DNA from: a virus
Length of the DNA: 45,157 bases
Reading direction: 5' to 3' (one strand)
IMG/VR virus record: IMGVR_UViG_3300001683_000005
Span: 1-45,157 of that record
The notes under the pieces were generated by a model. The model did not search any database and was not told the DNA's origin. It saw only the letters and a program-made list of their open reading frames with translations. Below are positions 16,801 through 25,893 of this stretch, in pieces. The position numbers and the translations under genes were made by a program. Numbering within the stretch: position 1 is the first letter of the stretch; each line of letters opens with the position of its first letter.

Positions 16801-18650
16801 TAAGGGAAACGGTTGAGCGGGAGTTTGCCGCGGTCGTTGAGTCGTCCCGGACGCCGGATAACAACAACCAGGGCGGTGATGTTAGTACAAGGGTTGCCAA
16901 TATGGGCCCAGCCGCCTGGGTGCTACACCTCGCTAGGAACATCCATGATCCAGAGAAGTTGATATCAGAGGGCTGGGCGAGCCGAGAGATGATCGACTTG
17001 GTGGAGTCGAAGTTTCTCAAGGGTGGGACAGCCGAAGCGGGGGGGGCGAGCGTCACCAAGGGCGTCTTCCAGTTAGACCCGCATGGCCTCAAGGATGTTA
17101 TTAAAGGGTTCTCGGGCGCCGACTTTTCCACCGCTGTCCATGAGATTGGGCACGCCCTTCGGTTAAGGACTCTTACCAGGGCGAAGATTACTGATGGTCA
17201 TGCGGGAGATGTTACCCACCAGGATATGGACGACCTTGAGTTGTGGGCGAATGACGGCAGGGCTCTTGATCCGTTGGCTGAGGGCAAGGATCGAGTGTGG
17301 ACAACAGACATGGAGGAGAAGTTTGCCCGTGCGTTCGAGCAGTATGTCGCCGAGGGCAAGTTCCAACCGGGCGTCAGCGCTGGTGTGAAACGAGTCATGG
17401 AAGAGTTGATGAAGGCGATGAAGAGGGTGTATCAGGCATTCGCTGGCCGTTTCTCTACGCCGCTCGACCCGAGGGTGAAGACCGTGTTCGACAAACTCCT
17501 CTTATCAGACGAGGACATAGTGGCTGCGGCTGCCAGGGAGACCAACAACTCACCACACAGGCGGCTCACCGAATCTCAAAAGACTGACATTAAGAGAGTC
17601 TTCCACTTGTCGGACTCTGAAGCCGATGGCATCTACGAACTGTATGACGCCCTCAACCTTGACAAGGGCATGATAGTTTTCAAGGACAGTAGCGAGGTAG
17701 CCCCAGGCGGCCTGGAGCAGCGAACCGAAGGCAAGGGAGAGTTCCTTGCTGATAACAAGGTAGATCTTGCAGGGTGGGTGGACGAGTTCACAAACCACCC
17801 TGATTGGAAGGAACGATATGGCGAAGAAGTCATTGAGGGACGCATACGCACGAGCGGCTTCCGCGTTGAGTCTACAGCCGGAGTTCTCTTCAGGGACGGG
17901 CTTATCGAAACCGCCACAACCCACAGATTCGGGAAGGCCGTCGAGGTCAAAGACCAAGCCTTCTACCTCGACCCAGAGGCCAGAATCTACCTCGCCAGAG
18001 ACGCCACCGCAGGGCTCGTAGTCACTCCAGATAGAGACCTGATAAGCGTCCATAAGATGCCGGGCAGTGCCGCAGACATAAACGGGCTTCTCTCGCAGGC
18101 AAGCAAGTTCGCTGAAACACTCGACGGCTTCGATATCAATGGCCACCTGCCCACCCTCTATGGCAGGCATGGCTGGCGTCCGGTAGCCAGGGCGGAGTTC
18201 AATCCAGACTTCCGTCCTGAGGGCTGGGATATGAGGCCAATAGATGAGGGCGGCCTGGGGACTCCTGACATTGTTCTTATGGTGTATGACCCAACTGATG
18301 CGCTCAGGCTTCCGCACGCTGATTCGTTTAACGAGGTGAGGGATCAGGTTCCATTCTTATCAATGGATAAGTATGACGACGCAGTTGCCCTACAGACCCA
18401 GGCCAAGGAACTTATCCGAGAGTCTGTAGGGGGGCGCACAGGTGACGAACTCGACATACAGGCCAAGCAATATTTCCAGACCGAGAGCGAGGTGCCTCGT
18501 ATAGAGGGAGAAGACCATGGGTCGCTGGCTGCCCGTGCAGTACACAGCCCTGATAATCTTCTCAGAGTCTTCGGGACTCCCGACAACATAGAGGGTACTG
18601 GAACTCACCCTCGGTCAAGTCTGCCGAACACTCCGGTTCGAGATCTGTGA
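13806..18650 (+). CDS. Giant virion (ejection / polyvalent-type) protein, 1614 aa, with a zincin HEIGH metallopeptidase motif and a GNAT-like C-terminal region
   Basis: TAATG-coupled start. Hydrophobic segments occur near aa 220-270, and there is an acidic EENAARAAEEEDAARAADDDD tract. HEIGH at 17139-17153 is followed about 55 aa later by EEKFARAFEQYV, a candidate third-ligand Glu helix. 17850-18300 has a GNAT-like pattern (LISVHKMPGSAADINGLLSQA...LPTLYGRHGWRPVARAEF). Confidence 0.65.
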   Translation: MATTYKQDPPRAYPEALYYKGTHKRGRDITRFGAAFRDMNLFYAGYRYYDDHYSFHIPPTKGWGVEQNKANLSAYYAPHVKAYPRLLSARSRQEQDRVKDIVRRSVADREVLHDMGFFESLMFYLPVGMTSPENWVPLSRAFRLGMTGSRAGAFKVAAGTGGRAVTEVEKAALIAAHRTHPAIVSAAHIGDDMTHGLAQNLLQRVALSKTTIGQAALATGLEGMIAGAVSEMVLQKTQPLRTMEETWMSIVGGGVFGAVLGGGFYAIGKTYRGALTSLLGQEVAGDVAVALRGELGNTLNEVVEAGATGWIRKSDRKAMDEGFTPPDGHRDEYDYVEVAPGADTRAAADEAVTRVVDEENAARAAEEEDAARAADDDDAPTELAQAEEVAPRESATEVATSDAAIASPAEVLISKRMHEALLRLDADTNTVSSKVARLVGLAEGNTFWGRLVGRWLLWSPNTRMGQEITDYGRQMYQLFSGGALTQEAGSRGHGVNRPGADAASQYMEVMNLRLVGELAKLAREVTASSGVSEIDLRSLAHSYAVRSYEDDGVTPRALDLADEFHESSGLEGAERSVYDIINKIEDPTARQAAVDGVERAVKEIYDPFIENTGKLLRSMGLLKLDSSQTRRMAAMYVARMYDATKIRKHYDAFFASVRAGIEEWKASDEPSLVASIEVQRQLVADPGSTASDAAHLVVLEQRLADLIGIDDARIHAVIRNIINDPINSDMASSRMGPQNSLHERVLLLRDEFVEPFLVKDIGLVMQTITKRHIPKVAIYRYLASPVQLELMQRTLDQYEAFDDIMKALRDPATGKIPDNLPRAEVEKVTKAMNDLFQSTNLLRLHNGLRLLSVFKPEVAGQAVEANGQAVDMVGITNRIKDLLQEHRDASDTAHNQQVVADGFEEKLLSLEQDIQDSMRDAIGGTTPAESVLDAATLRQHRGSLIVQMLDDMVARVDSDEIRDAGAEVQAAVSTLTAFGDEGERALRGEAFLNGLKADIRETVEREFAAVVESSRTPDNNNQGGDVSTRVANMGPAAWVLHLARNIHDPEKLISEGWASREMIDLVESKFLKGGTAEAGGASVTKGVFQLDPHGLKDVIKGFSGADFSTAVHEIGHALRLRTLTRAKITDGHAGDVTHQDMDDLELWANDGRALDPLAEGKDRVWTTDMEEKFARAFEQYVAEGKFQPGVSAGVKRVMEELMKAMKRVYQAFAGRFSTPLDPRVKTVFDKLLLSDEDIVAAAARETNNSPHRRLTESQKTDIKRVFHLSDSEADGIYELYDALNLDKGMIVFKDSSEVAPGGLEQRTEGKGEFLADNKVDLAGWVDEFTNHPDWKERYGEEVIEGRIRTSGFRVESTAGVLFRDGLIETATTHRFGKAVEVKDQAFYLDPEARIYLARDATAGLVVTPDRDLISVHKMPGSAADINGLLSQASKFAETLDGFDINGHLPTLYGRHGWRPVARAEFNPDFRPEGWDMRPIDEGGLGTPDIVLMVYDPTDALRLPHADSFNEVRDQVPFLSMDKYDDAVALQTQAKELIRESVGGRTGDELDIQAKQYFQTESEVPRIEGEDHGSLAARAVHSPDNLLRVFGTPDNIEGTGTHPRSSLPNTPVRDL

Positions 18651-18858
18651 AGACGATTTAGAAGGGACCAGGGGGGAGGTTGTCCACCCGAACTTCCCCG
18701 GCACGACCGAGGAGTTTGGGCTGCCCACCACAGCCGGAGCCCTGCGAGAGGCCGGATACAAAGGCGCTGACAAGGAGAAGATTGAGCACTGGCACGAGAC
18801 TACCTATGCAACTAAGCCAGACGAACAAAGAAAGAAGTCGTTCTCGGTAGAAGACTCG

Positions 18859-21800
18859 ATGAAGTTGCAAGATGAGATTCTCGTCCCCCATGAGAAGGTG
18901 CTGCGCTACATTGATGGAGTGGACGAGGAGCAAGTGCAAGTATCTGCGATGGGGTACGCCCCGTTGGTGGCAAGGAAGATCCATAACGAACAGGCAATAA
19001 GTTATGGCGAGATCACCCGCCTCATTGATAATAGGCTCGACTTCCTTATGTTCCAAGGGCTGCATAGCCAGAGAGAAGAGATCGAAGGCTACTTGCAATG
19101 GGCGATACGGCAGCATCCTAATGGCAAGCCGTTCCTTGTCGGTGATGATATCAGTCTTGGGGTTCGTGGGAACGGCGGGGAGGCCGTGCATCCTGAGAGT
19201 TTCATAAACGCGCACTCTATCACCCGAAACAACGGCATTGCAATCACTGACGAAAACCTTCTGCGAGCAGACCTAGACCACGAAGTGTTCCGTAAGGATT
19301 ATATTGAGCAAGCAATGTCTGACTTTGATTATGTTATCAAGCAGGTTGGGGAGGGAATGTCTGAGATAGACAGCGTCGCCACGGTCAAGGTGCTCAATGA
19401 CCTCAAAGTAGAGGTACGGGCGGTGCTGGAGAACACGCCGAAAGTGCAAGGTGGACTGCTCAGTTCGCTTGCGTCTGATATGTCCAACTCGTTGATTTAC
19501 AACAGGACGAGAGAGTCCCGAGTGTACAAGGCGAGCAGAGACCTAGCAGCAAAGAAGAAAAGTGGCGCCCCTCTCACCGACGCCGAGTCTGCAAGGGATG
19601 TGTGGAGCCGTAGCGTATATAAGGAGTCAGGCGCCAAAGTGAGGCCGGAGATCGGCGAGCCACCGCAAGGCCCCCTGGAAAACCTCCCTTGGTACAACCT
19701 GACTGGGCTAATCGAAAAGCAGTCATGGAAGGGTCACGAAGAAGGCGGACTGGTCGCTCGGGCTATCATGGATCTCATTGGGGATGGCTATCATAACCCG
19801 GAAAGCCTCGACATTCGCCTGGGGCAGTTCGAGGACAATGTCCGCTTGAGTAAGATATGGGCCAAGCAGGATGCCCTGTTCAATCTTGAACTCGAAATAA
19901 ACAAAACAGATCCACTCCTCACTAAGTCAGCCAGGAAGAAGGGAGAGGCTGCGGTCAGGAAGGCTTGGAAAGAATGGGGCGCCAAGTTCCATAAGGAGCA
20001 GTGGGAGCCCGTATTCGGCAAGGGTAGCAGGGTGGACCCCCACGGGTTCGGGACTGTAAAAACTGGCCCTGATCACCACGGCTCGACCCTCAGAGAGTGG
20101 GAGCACGATGGTGGCCTGATCGACCTGGAGAACATTAGAGACATCGTGCCCGGTCTGCTTGAGGAGTATGGTCAATATCAAGCGCAACTAAAATCAGCGC
20201 TTCGAGTCCTTTATCCGTCAGGTCTGATTCCGGTTGCTCGGTGGCGAGACTTCCTAAGCAACGCACGAAGCGCAGAGCATGACTTCAGATACTCCACTGC
20301 TGGGACTCGCTCACCAGACACTGCGATATCCTTGAAGGCAAAACAGGGCGCCATGCTCAGTATGGGTGACAGGTCCATGTTGTCCGCTACGATTCAGCAT
20401 CCTGAGGCGTTCCATAAGACGACCATCGGTGCTCCGCCCCCTTACGGAGTTCGTGGAGCCCCCGAGGGGTCGGCCACACATGATGTAGCGTACCATGAGA
20501 CTCAGAACATGGTCCTCACCAATGAGGGCGATAAGATCATGAAGGTGACCAAGGGCAGGAAGGTCTTGAAGGAGGTCAGAAAGGACGGCGACACATTCGA
20601 GCAGCCCTCGGATGCCTGGATGGCCAAAACAGAGGGCACACAGCCGGGCGTCGCTGTCCATGAGATCGTTCATATTGATGACATCTTGTTCATGGGTGCC
20701 GCCCGAGAGGGCGAGGTCCATGTCAAGAGGAACGCCCTCCTCTATAACAAGCATCGCACAGTCGCAGATCTATACCAGACCAGCGAGGTCATCCAGAAGA
20801 TCATGGATGAGGTTGAATCTCTTATTGACGGCAAGAAGGTCACCCCGAACGCTGCGGTGGCAAAGGTGCTGGTAAGGCTTGGCTGGGCTGTGCCGATGGG
20901 ACAGGCCAATCAGACGGGGCTCAAGCAGGTCTCGCCCAGGCAACTGAAATCAATGCTGCTCGCTCTGCAAGCGAACAGTAAGAGGATGCTCTTCCACGAC
21001 AAGGCGGACGAGGCTGCCCGATTCTGGTACGAAGATTCCTCTGCCGGAATCCTTGAGGCGTTCCAAGGAGACCTACTTCAGGCGTCGATGTTCATTGATG
21101 TCCTGGCGATCACCTCGGCTAACACCAACCCAAAGCAAAACCTCGGTAACGCATTAGACACCGTGGCCAAGATAATGAACCTGCCAAACCTCAAGTCGGG
21201 CGTGACAAACTTGTTCCCGTCCCATGCGTTCCCTCTCACCTTGAAGCCTAAGTTGGAGAAGATTGTTCTTGGATATGACGCCGCTGGACGAGCGGTTCGG
21301 CTCGGCGACCAGGACTGGTCTATCAGGCTCAGTTCAGGGAAGCGCAACGCCTTCAAGACCGCTTCCTTTGCTCGCACGATTCACCGGGCGCTCCAGTACG
21401 ATATCTTCAGAGAGGAAATGCAAGGTCACTGGCAGTCAGAACTGCACGATGTGGTGGCGGATGTTTGGATGTTCCGCCACTTCCAGTTTGGCAAGACCGG
21501 AGCGCAGGATACTCCAGCAAAGTTCAATGAGCGTCTAAGGCGGTTCCAGACTCACATGGAGACTCTGGGCGCCAAGGGTGACTCGAAGGAGTTGCGTAAA
21601 GCCAGGAATGCGGAGCGTAAGTCCAAGAAGCACCTGAACTATTCGGATTCCACTCGCTCCCTTGATAGTGGCAAAGACTACAAGTTCATGACTGACATGA
21701 TTGAGATGCTGACCGACGAACTCAATGAAGACGCTTATCGTGGAGCGACGGACTGGAAACCATGGCAAGTACAGGCGATGTTGTGGACAACGCATCGCTT

Positions 21801-24800
21801 CATCGAGGCGGGCGAGTCTGACCCCATGGTTTACCACAACCTTCTTGAAGAGGGGTATCCGTGGAGGGCGAATCATCCGTTCACGCCGGGCCCCTCCTCC
21901 ACGCACTTGAATGGCCTGGAGGCCCTGCCGGACAATATAAGGGTGCAGATCGCTGCGCTGCGTAACCGTGCCACCTCTGACTTCCAGACTGACTCTTATG
22001 TGATTGCAACAAACAAAGGCGACACTGGCCACGCAACTCTCGACCTCGCTCTCAAGGAAGTTGGAGGCGAGGCCCACGCCCGGTCAACTGAGGCTGTGCG
22101 TCGTGTTGTGTCCGAAGAGGCGAAAGTGATAAGAGTGGACGGTGCGGTCACTCCCAAGGGGAACCGTGGTCACGCTACCCAGGTCGTCGAGTTGCGGACA
22201 GGTAACGACGACAGGCTACGGGCGGCTGGTGCGAGAATGGGACTGGCTGGTGGCCACGATAATGTCCTCACCTTCCGTGTGCGTCAGTCTGGTAAACAAG
22301 CGCTTCAGATCGTCGAGTTTGATGAGTCGCTCAGTGCTACTCAGATCAAGAACTTGCTGAAGCGACATAAGATGGGCAAGCACTCGATCACAAAGGGCGA
22401 AGGCGACGGGTATCGTGTCTTCATTTACGATGACACTTACGGCAAGGGGGCGCAGTTGCGCTCGCCTGTGCTCATGAAAGTTAGGGAGTGGGTCAGTAAT
22501 GGGAAAATCAAAAAGCACGAAGAGGTCAGGGGGACAGCGGAAAGGGTCGGGGCAGACGACGGCTCCAGCAAAGAAGTCATCGCCGCCTCTTATCGAGACA
22601 CCCTCAGAGGAGTTGACGAGCGAGGGAGCGAAGCCCACAAAGCCCTCGGAACGAGCGTTCCTTATAGTTATTCCCTCGTAAGGGCTACGGGTAGCAGCGC
22701 ACGGAGTGGGCATAACGCTCCGGGGGCAGACGCTGTTCTCCTCGAACTTGGGCTGCCGGGGCTCTCGTCGGTCACGCCTGGGGTGACTGGTACCACCCGT
22801 CTCTTCTTACCGAATCAGGTCATTCCGGCAGCGGTCAGAAGGGAGGCGGAGGAGTGGATCACTAAGACCAACCTGGAGCAGGGCGGAAAGCCAATCTCGA
22901 AGGCGATAATCAAAGCGCTCGCAGGAGTGCTCAACGACGGCGTGCACACGGTCAATGCTGGCAACCAATGGGCAGCAGCCACCGCTGCGCTCTACAGGCT
23001 CGACTCGATTACCTGGAGCCGGATCGTCCCGCCGGATCTGACGAACTCAAAACTGCACAATGGCTATACACTCATGTTGCCCGAAGGTGCGGTGTGGGAC
23101 AGGGACTCGCTCGCTGATCTCCGTGCTCATTTCGAGACGCTCGGCCCGCTCGCTAAGAGGCTTCGGTTTGAGCAGCAGAGCCCGGAGGGTCTTGGGATCT
23201 ATATCACCACGGAGAGAGGGGGGCTGAACTGGTTCCCTGACTCGAAGACAGGGAGCGGTCAGCAGCGCACGGAGATTGACGCTAACCTCTTTCCAAGACT
23301 CCACGAGGCGACGCTCACCGTTAAGAGGTCGCTGGCCGAGTGGAACAAGGGGCGCCCAGAAGCAGGGATGGTCGAGTACGAAGGCTTCACTTATGTTGGT
23401 AACAGATTAGAAAACGATTGGAGTGTGAATCCAAATGGAGAAGGATATCTCGACGCCCCGTGGAAGGGCCCTGGTGGAAAGGCTGTCAAAGCAAGGGTTC
23501 AGGCAGTTGTCAGGAAACTCTTACCCAGAATGGATGCCGCCGACGAAGTTGCCGCAGCCCGGTACGGACTCCAAGTCAACCCAGAACTTCTCAAGTCCTA
23601 CCGAACCCCAGACCACTCCTCCTCCATCGAAGCCGGGCGGGGAACAAACACCTTCTCAAGGGGCGCCTCCGACCCCTCCGTCCGAGGGCGGGAGCCAGAA
23701 TACTTCCAGCACAACGAAAGGCGACAGATAAACTCAGACCTCGAAGCGCTTGGCCTCGGCGGCCTGTTCGACAGCGAGACCATTGCTGGTAACCGCCCGG
23801 AGATCGAGGCTGCACTTGGGAAGATAAGAGAGGGGCGAGCCCGGATCGAAGCGGCAACACGGGCTGCCGGGGGCGAGACCGACCCCAATCAAATGCTGGA
23901 GAGCCTTATCAGTGAGGCTATTGGCCGGGCTGAACAGACTGGTGACCTGCCAGAGATACCGGGCTTCCCCAAACTGACTCAAGGCGTGCAGGATCTCATG
24001 GCAGCGAGAGGCCAGGAGGGCGCCGTCAGGGCCGCTAGGGGGGCTCTGGATGAGGCCGACCCTGGTGGTGCCCCCGCCAGAACGGAGGTCGCAGGGGCCC
24101 AGGGTGGCCTTCGTGCCGCTCGTCACGGGGTCGCCCGAGCAGAAAGCGAGTTCGATTCAGCAACCCAGGAACTTCGTGCTATTTCCGCTGACCTGGGGGT
24201 GCCGACTGACGCCTCCTCCAGGGGGCGGCCAGCCGATGGCTACGAGCCGCACTCTTATGCTTATCCAAAACGGAGAGGGTCGTCGGGTGAGGAGATGGAG
24301 GCCATGGCAGGGAGGGCCAGAGCGGCCACCGAACAAGTCCGCTCGGAAACCAGTGGCGACGCTCTCTCTCTTGAGCCGCACCTTGCTGTTATCAGGCGAG
24401 CGTATGAGAAGAAGGTGGCAGCGGCCAGAACAGCCGGGAACGATGCGGAGGTTAAGAGGCTGGAGAAGCGCTTCCACCAGACCGCAATGGACTTGCAGGC
24501 CATGAAGGATCGAATCCTCAACACTCACGGCATCAATACTGACGCTGTGGGCTACGGAATGAGACTCGCTAAGGCGGCGAAGGACTTCAACTACATTCGA
24601 TTCATGGGGGGCGTGACCCTGAGTTCGATTCCCGACCTCGCAATGGGGATCTCCGTGGCTGGTCTCCGCCCCTACCTCACGGCCTGGGCCAAAATGCTAA
24701 AGGCCGAGATCCTCAACGACGATGTTGCGAGAGCCGACATCGCTAAACTGATCTACGCTGCGGAGACCGTGCTAGGTGAGGAGCGGGTAAGAAAACTCTA

Positions 24801-25890
24801 CTTCCTTGACGACAATCCAATGCAGATCGAGCAGACGAAAGCCGAGAAGGGCTTGGAGTGGAGCGCCCGCAAGTTCGGTAAGTGGTCAGGAATCCAGTAT
24901 TGGAATGCAGTGAACAAGGCGGTGGCTGCCACGGCAATCCAGAGCAGGGTGATCGAGATAAGCCGGAAGGTGCGTGCAGGAACCGCAAGCGCTTTTGAAC
25001 TGGAGATGCTCGGCCAGTTCGGGATCGACACGGAAATGGCCACACTCGTCGCCCGAGTGCACGGAGTAGTCGGAGAGACTGGAGTGGACCTGTTTGGTGG
25101 AGACTTCTACCACAGCCGAGTGGATCTCTGGGACGGGCCGATTGACGGGCTAAGAGCAGACGAAGTTGCGTTCCTGAAGGAGCAATACTACATGGCGATC
25201 ATGCAGGCGGTGAACCGGACAATCGTCACCCCGAATGCTGGTGACCTGCCTCTTATCGCAACCTCTTCCGCTATAGGGAAACTCCTCTTCCAGTTCAAGT
25301 CCTTCAGTTTCGCAGCCACTAACAGCGTGCTCATCTCTGGGCTCCAGCGAGGACTGGAGTATGGAGATATCTCCCAGGTGATCCTCTTGGCCGGGCTGTC
25401 GTCTCTTGGAGGGTTCGTCTACGCAGGCAAGGAGTGGCTCGGTGGCCGTGACCCATTCCGCTACGAAAATGACATCTCCAAGTTCATTGTCGAGGGCATG
25501 GACAGAGGCGGTGGCCTTGGAATCCTGAGTGAGACGAATGCTATCTTCGAGAAGACCTTCGGCCTTGGCCTGTCCCAGTTCGCTGACAGTGGACCCTTGT
25601 CACGGTACTCTTCTCGTAACAAAATGGACGCCTTGATGGGCCCCACCTTTGGAACGGCGAAGGATATGCTGACTATCGCTGGATCATTCCCTAAGATGTT
25701 CACTGCCGACGATGTCAGCGGATACGAGATAGATGCGGCCCGGAGAATGTTCGCATTCCAGAACTTGATCCAGACACGGCTCGCTCTGGATGTTGGGCCG
25801 TCTCTTATCCAGGGCGGGGACGACTTCTTTGCTAACTTCAAGCCTCTACACCGTCGTATGGCGGGCGTTGCTGGGATCGGTGAGGAATAA
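18859..25890 (+). CDS. Giant virion (ejection / polyvalent-type) protein, at least 2343 aa; the 5' end may extend upstream (see findings)
   Basis: The first ATG/GTG/TTG is at 18859 and has no good SD. The same frame is open and coding-like back to 18592. AVHEIVH lies at 20653-20673. C-terminal hydrophobic segments (e.g. VTLSSIPDLAMGISVAGL, VILLAGLSSLGGFVYAG) are typical of ejection or membrane-insertion proteins. Confidence 0.65.
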   Translation: MKLQDEILVPHEKVLRYIDGVDEEQVQVSAMGYAPLVARKIHNEQAISYGEITRLIDNRLDFLMFQGLHSQREEIEGYLQWAIRQHPNGKPFLVGDDISLGVRGNGGEAVHPESFINAHSITRNNGIAITDENLLRADLDHEVFRKDYIEQAMSDFDYVIKQVGEGMSEIDSVATVKVLNDLKVEVRAVLENTPKVQGGLLSSLASDMSNSLIYNRTRESRVYKASRDLAAKKKSGAPLTDAESARDVWSRSVYKESGAKVRPEIGEPPQGPLENLPWYNLTGLIEKQSWKGHEEGGLVARAIMDLIGDGYHNPESLDIRLGQFEDNVRLSKIWAKQDALFNLELEINKTDPLLTKSARKKGEAAVRKAWKEWGAKFHKEQWEPVFGKGSRVDPHGFGTVKTGPDHHGSTLREWEHDGGLIDLENIRDIVPGLLEEYGQYQAQLKSALRVLYPSGLIPVARWRDFLSNARSAEHDFRYSTAGTRSPDTAISLKAKQGAMLSMGDRSMLSATIQHPEAFHKTTIGAPPPYGVRGAPEGSATHDVAYHETQNMVLTNEGDKIMKVTKGRKVLKEVRKDGDTFEQPSDAWMAKTEGTQPGVAVHEIVHIDDILFMGAAREGEVHVKRNALLYNKHRTVADLYQTSEVIQKIMDEVESLIDGKKVTPNAAVAKVLVRLGWAVPMGQANQTGLKQVSPRQLKSMLLALQANSKRMLFHDKADEAARFWYEDSSAGILEAFQGDLLQASMFIDVLAITSANTNPKQNLGNALDTVAKIMNLPNLKSGVTNLFPSHAFPLTLKPKLEKIVLGYDAAGRAVRLGDQDWSIRLSSGKRNAFKTASFARTIHRALQYDIFREEMQGHWQSELHDVVADVWMFRHFQFGKTGAQDTPAKFNERLRRFQTHMETLGAKGDSKELRKARNAERKSKKHLNYSDSTRSLDSGKDYKFMTDMIEMLTDELNEDAYRGATDWKPWQVQAMLWTTHRFIEAGESDPMVYHNLLEEGYPWRANHPFTPGPSSTHLNGLEALPDNIRVQIAALRNRATSDFQTDSYVIATNKGDTGHATLDLALKEVGGEAHARSTEAVRRVVSEEAKVIRVDGAVTPKGNRGHATQVVELRTGNDDRLRAAGARMGLAGGHDNVLTFRVRQSGKQALQIVEFDESLSATQIKNLLKRHKMGKHSITKGEGDGYRVFIYDDTYGKGAQLRSPVLMKVREWVSNGKIKKHEEVRGTAERVGADDGSSKEVIAASYRDTLRGVDERGSEAHKALGTSVPYSYSLVRATGSSARSGHNAPGADAVLLELGLPGLSSVTPGVTGTTRLFLPNQVIPAAVRREAEEWITKTNLEQGGKPISKAIIKALAGVLNDGVHTVNAGNQWAAATAALYRLDSITWSRIVPPDLTNSKLHNGYTLMLPEGAVWDRDSLADLRAHFETLGPLAKRLRFEQQSPEGLGIYITTERGGLNWFPDSKTGSGQQRTEIDANLFPRLHEATLTVKRSLAEWNKGRPEAGMVEYEGFTYVGNRLENDWSVNPNGEGYLDAPWKGPGGKAVKARVQAVVRKLLPRMDAADEVAAARYGLQVNPELLKSYRTPDHSSSIEAGRGTNTFSRGASDPSVRGREPEYFQHNERRQINSDLEALGLGGLFDSETIAGNRPEIEAALGKIREGRARIEAATRAAGGETDPNQMLESLISEAIGRAEQTGDLPEIPGFPKLTQGVQDLMAARGQEGAVRAARGALDEADPGGAPARTEVAGAQGGLRAARHGVARAESEFDSATQELRAISADLGVPTDASSRGRPADGYEPHSYAYPKRRGSSGEEMEAMAGRARAATEQVRSETSGDALSLEPHLAVIRRAYEKKVAAARTAGNDAEVKRLEKRFHQTAMDLQAMKDRILNTHGINTDAVGYGMRLAKAAKDFNYIRFMGGVTLSSIPDLAMGISVAGLRPYLTAWAKMLKAEILNDDVARADIAKLIYAAETVLGEERVRKLYFLDDNPMQIEQTKAEKGLEWSARKFGKWSGIQYWNAVNKAVAATAIQSRVIEISRKVRAGTASAFELEMLGQFGIDTEMATLVARVHGVVGETGVDLFGGDFYHSRVDLWDGPIDGLRADEVAFLKEQYYMAIMQAVNRTIVTPNAGDLPLIATSSAIGKLLFQFKSFSFAATNSVLISGLQRGLEYGDISQVILLAGLSSLGGFVYAGKEWLGGRDPFRYENDISKFIVEGMDRGGGLGILSETNAIFEKTFGLGLSQFADSGPLSRYSSRNKMDALMGPTFGTAKDMLTIAGSFPKMFTADDVSGYEIDAARRMFAFQNLIQTRLALDVGPSLIQGGDDFFANFKPLHRRMAGVAGIGEE

Positions 25891-25893
25891 GAG

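Noticed and set aside
18658-19215. 185-aa minus-strand ORF spanning the gap between the two giant ORFs
   Set aside because: It is antisense to the 5' end of the 2343-aa ORF and to the coding-like upstream extension. The top-strand frame shows the codon bias of real genes, and a lone leftward gene inside the rightward late operon is unlikely.
20236-20725. Possible ADP-ribosyltransferase R-S-ExE triad in the 2343-aa protein (ARWRDF ... YSTAG ... REGEVHV)
   Set aside because: The spacing is atypical, at only about 16 aa from R to S-T and about 145 aa to ExE, and the motifs are short enough to occur by chance in 2,343 aa. It needs a profile or structure search before any claim.
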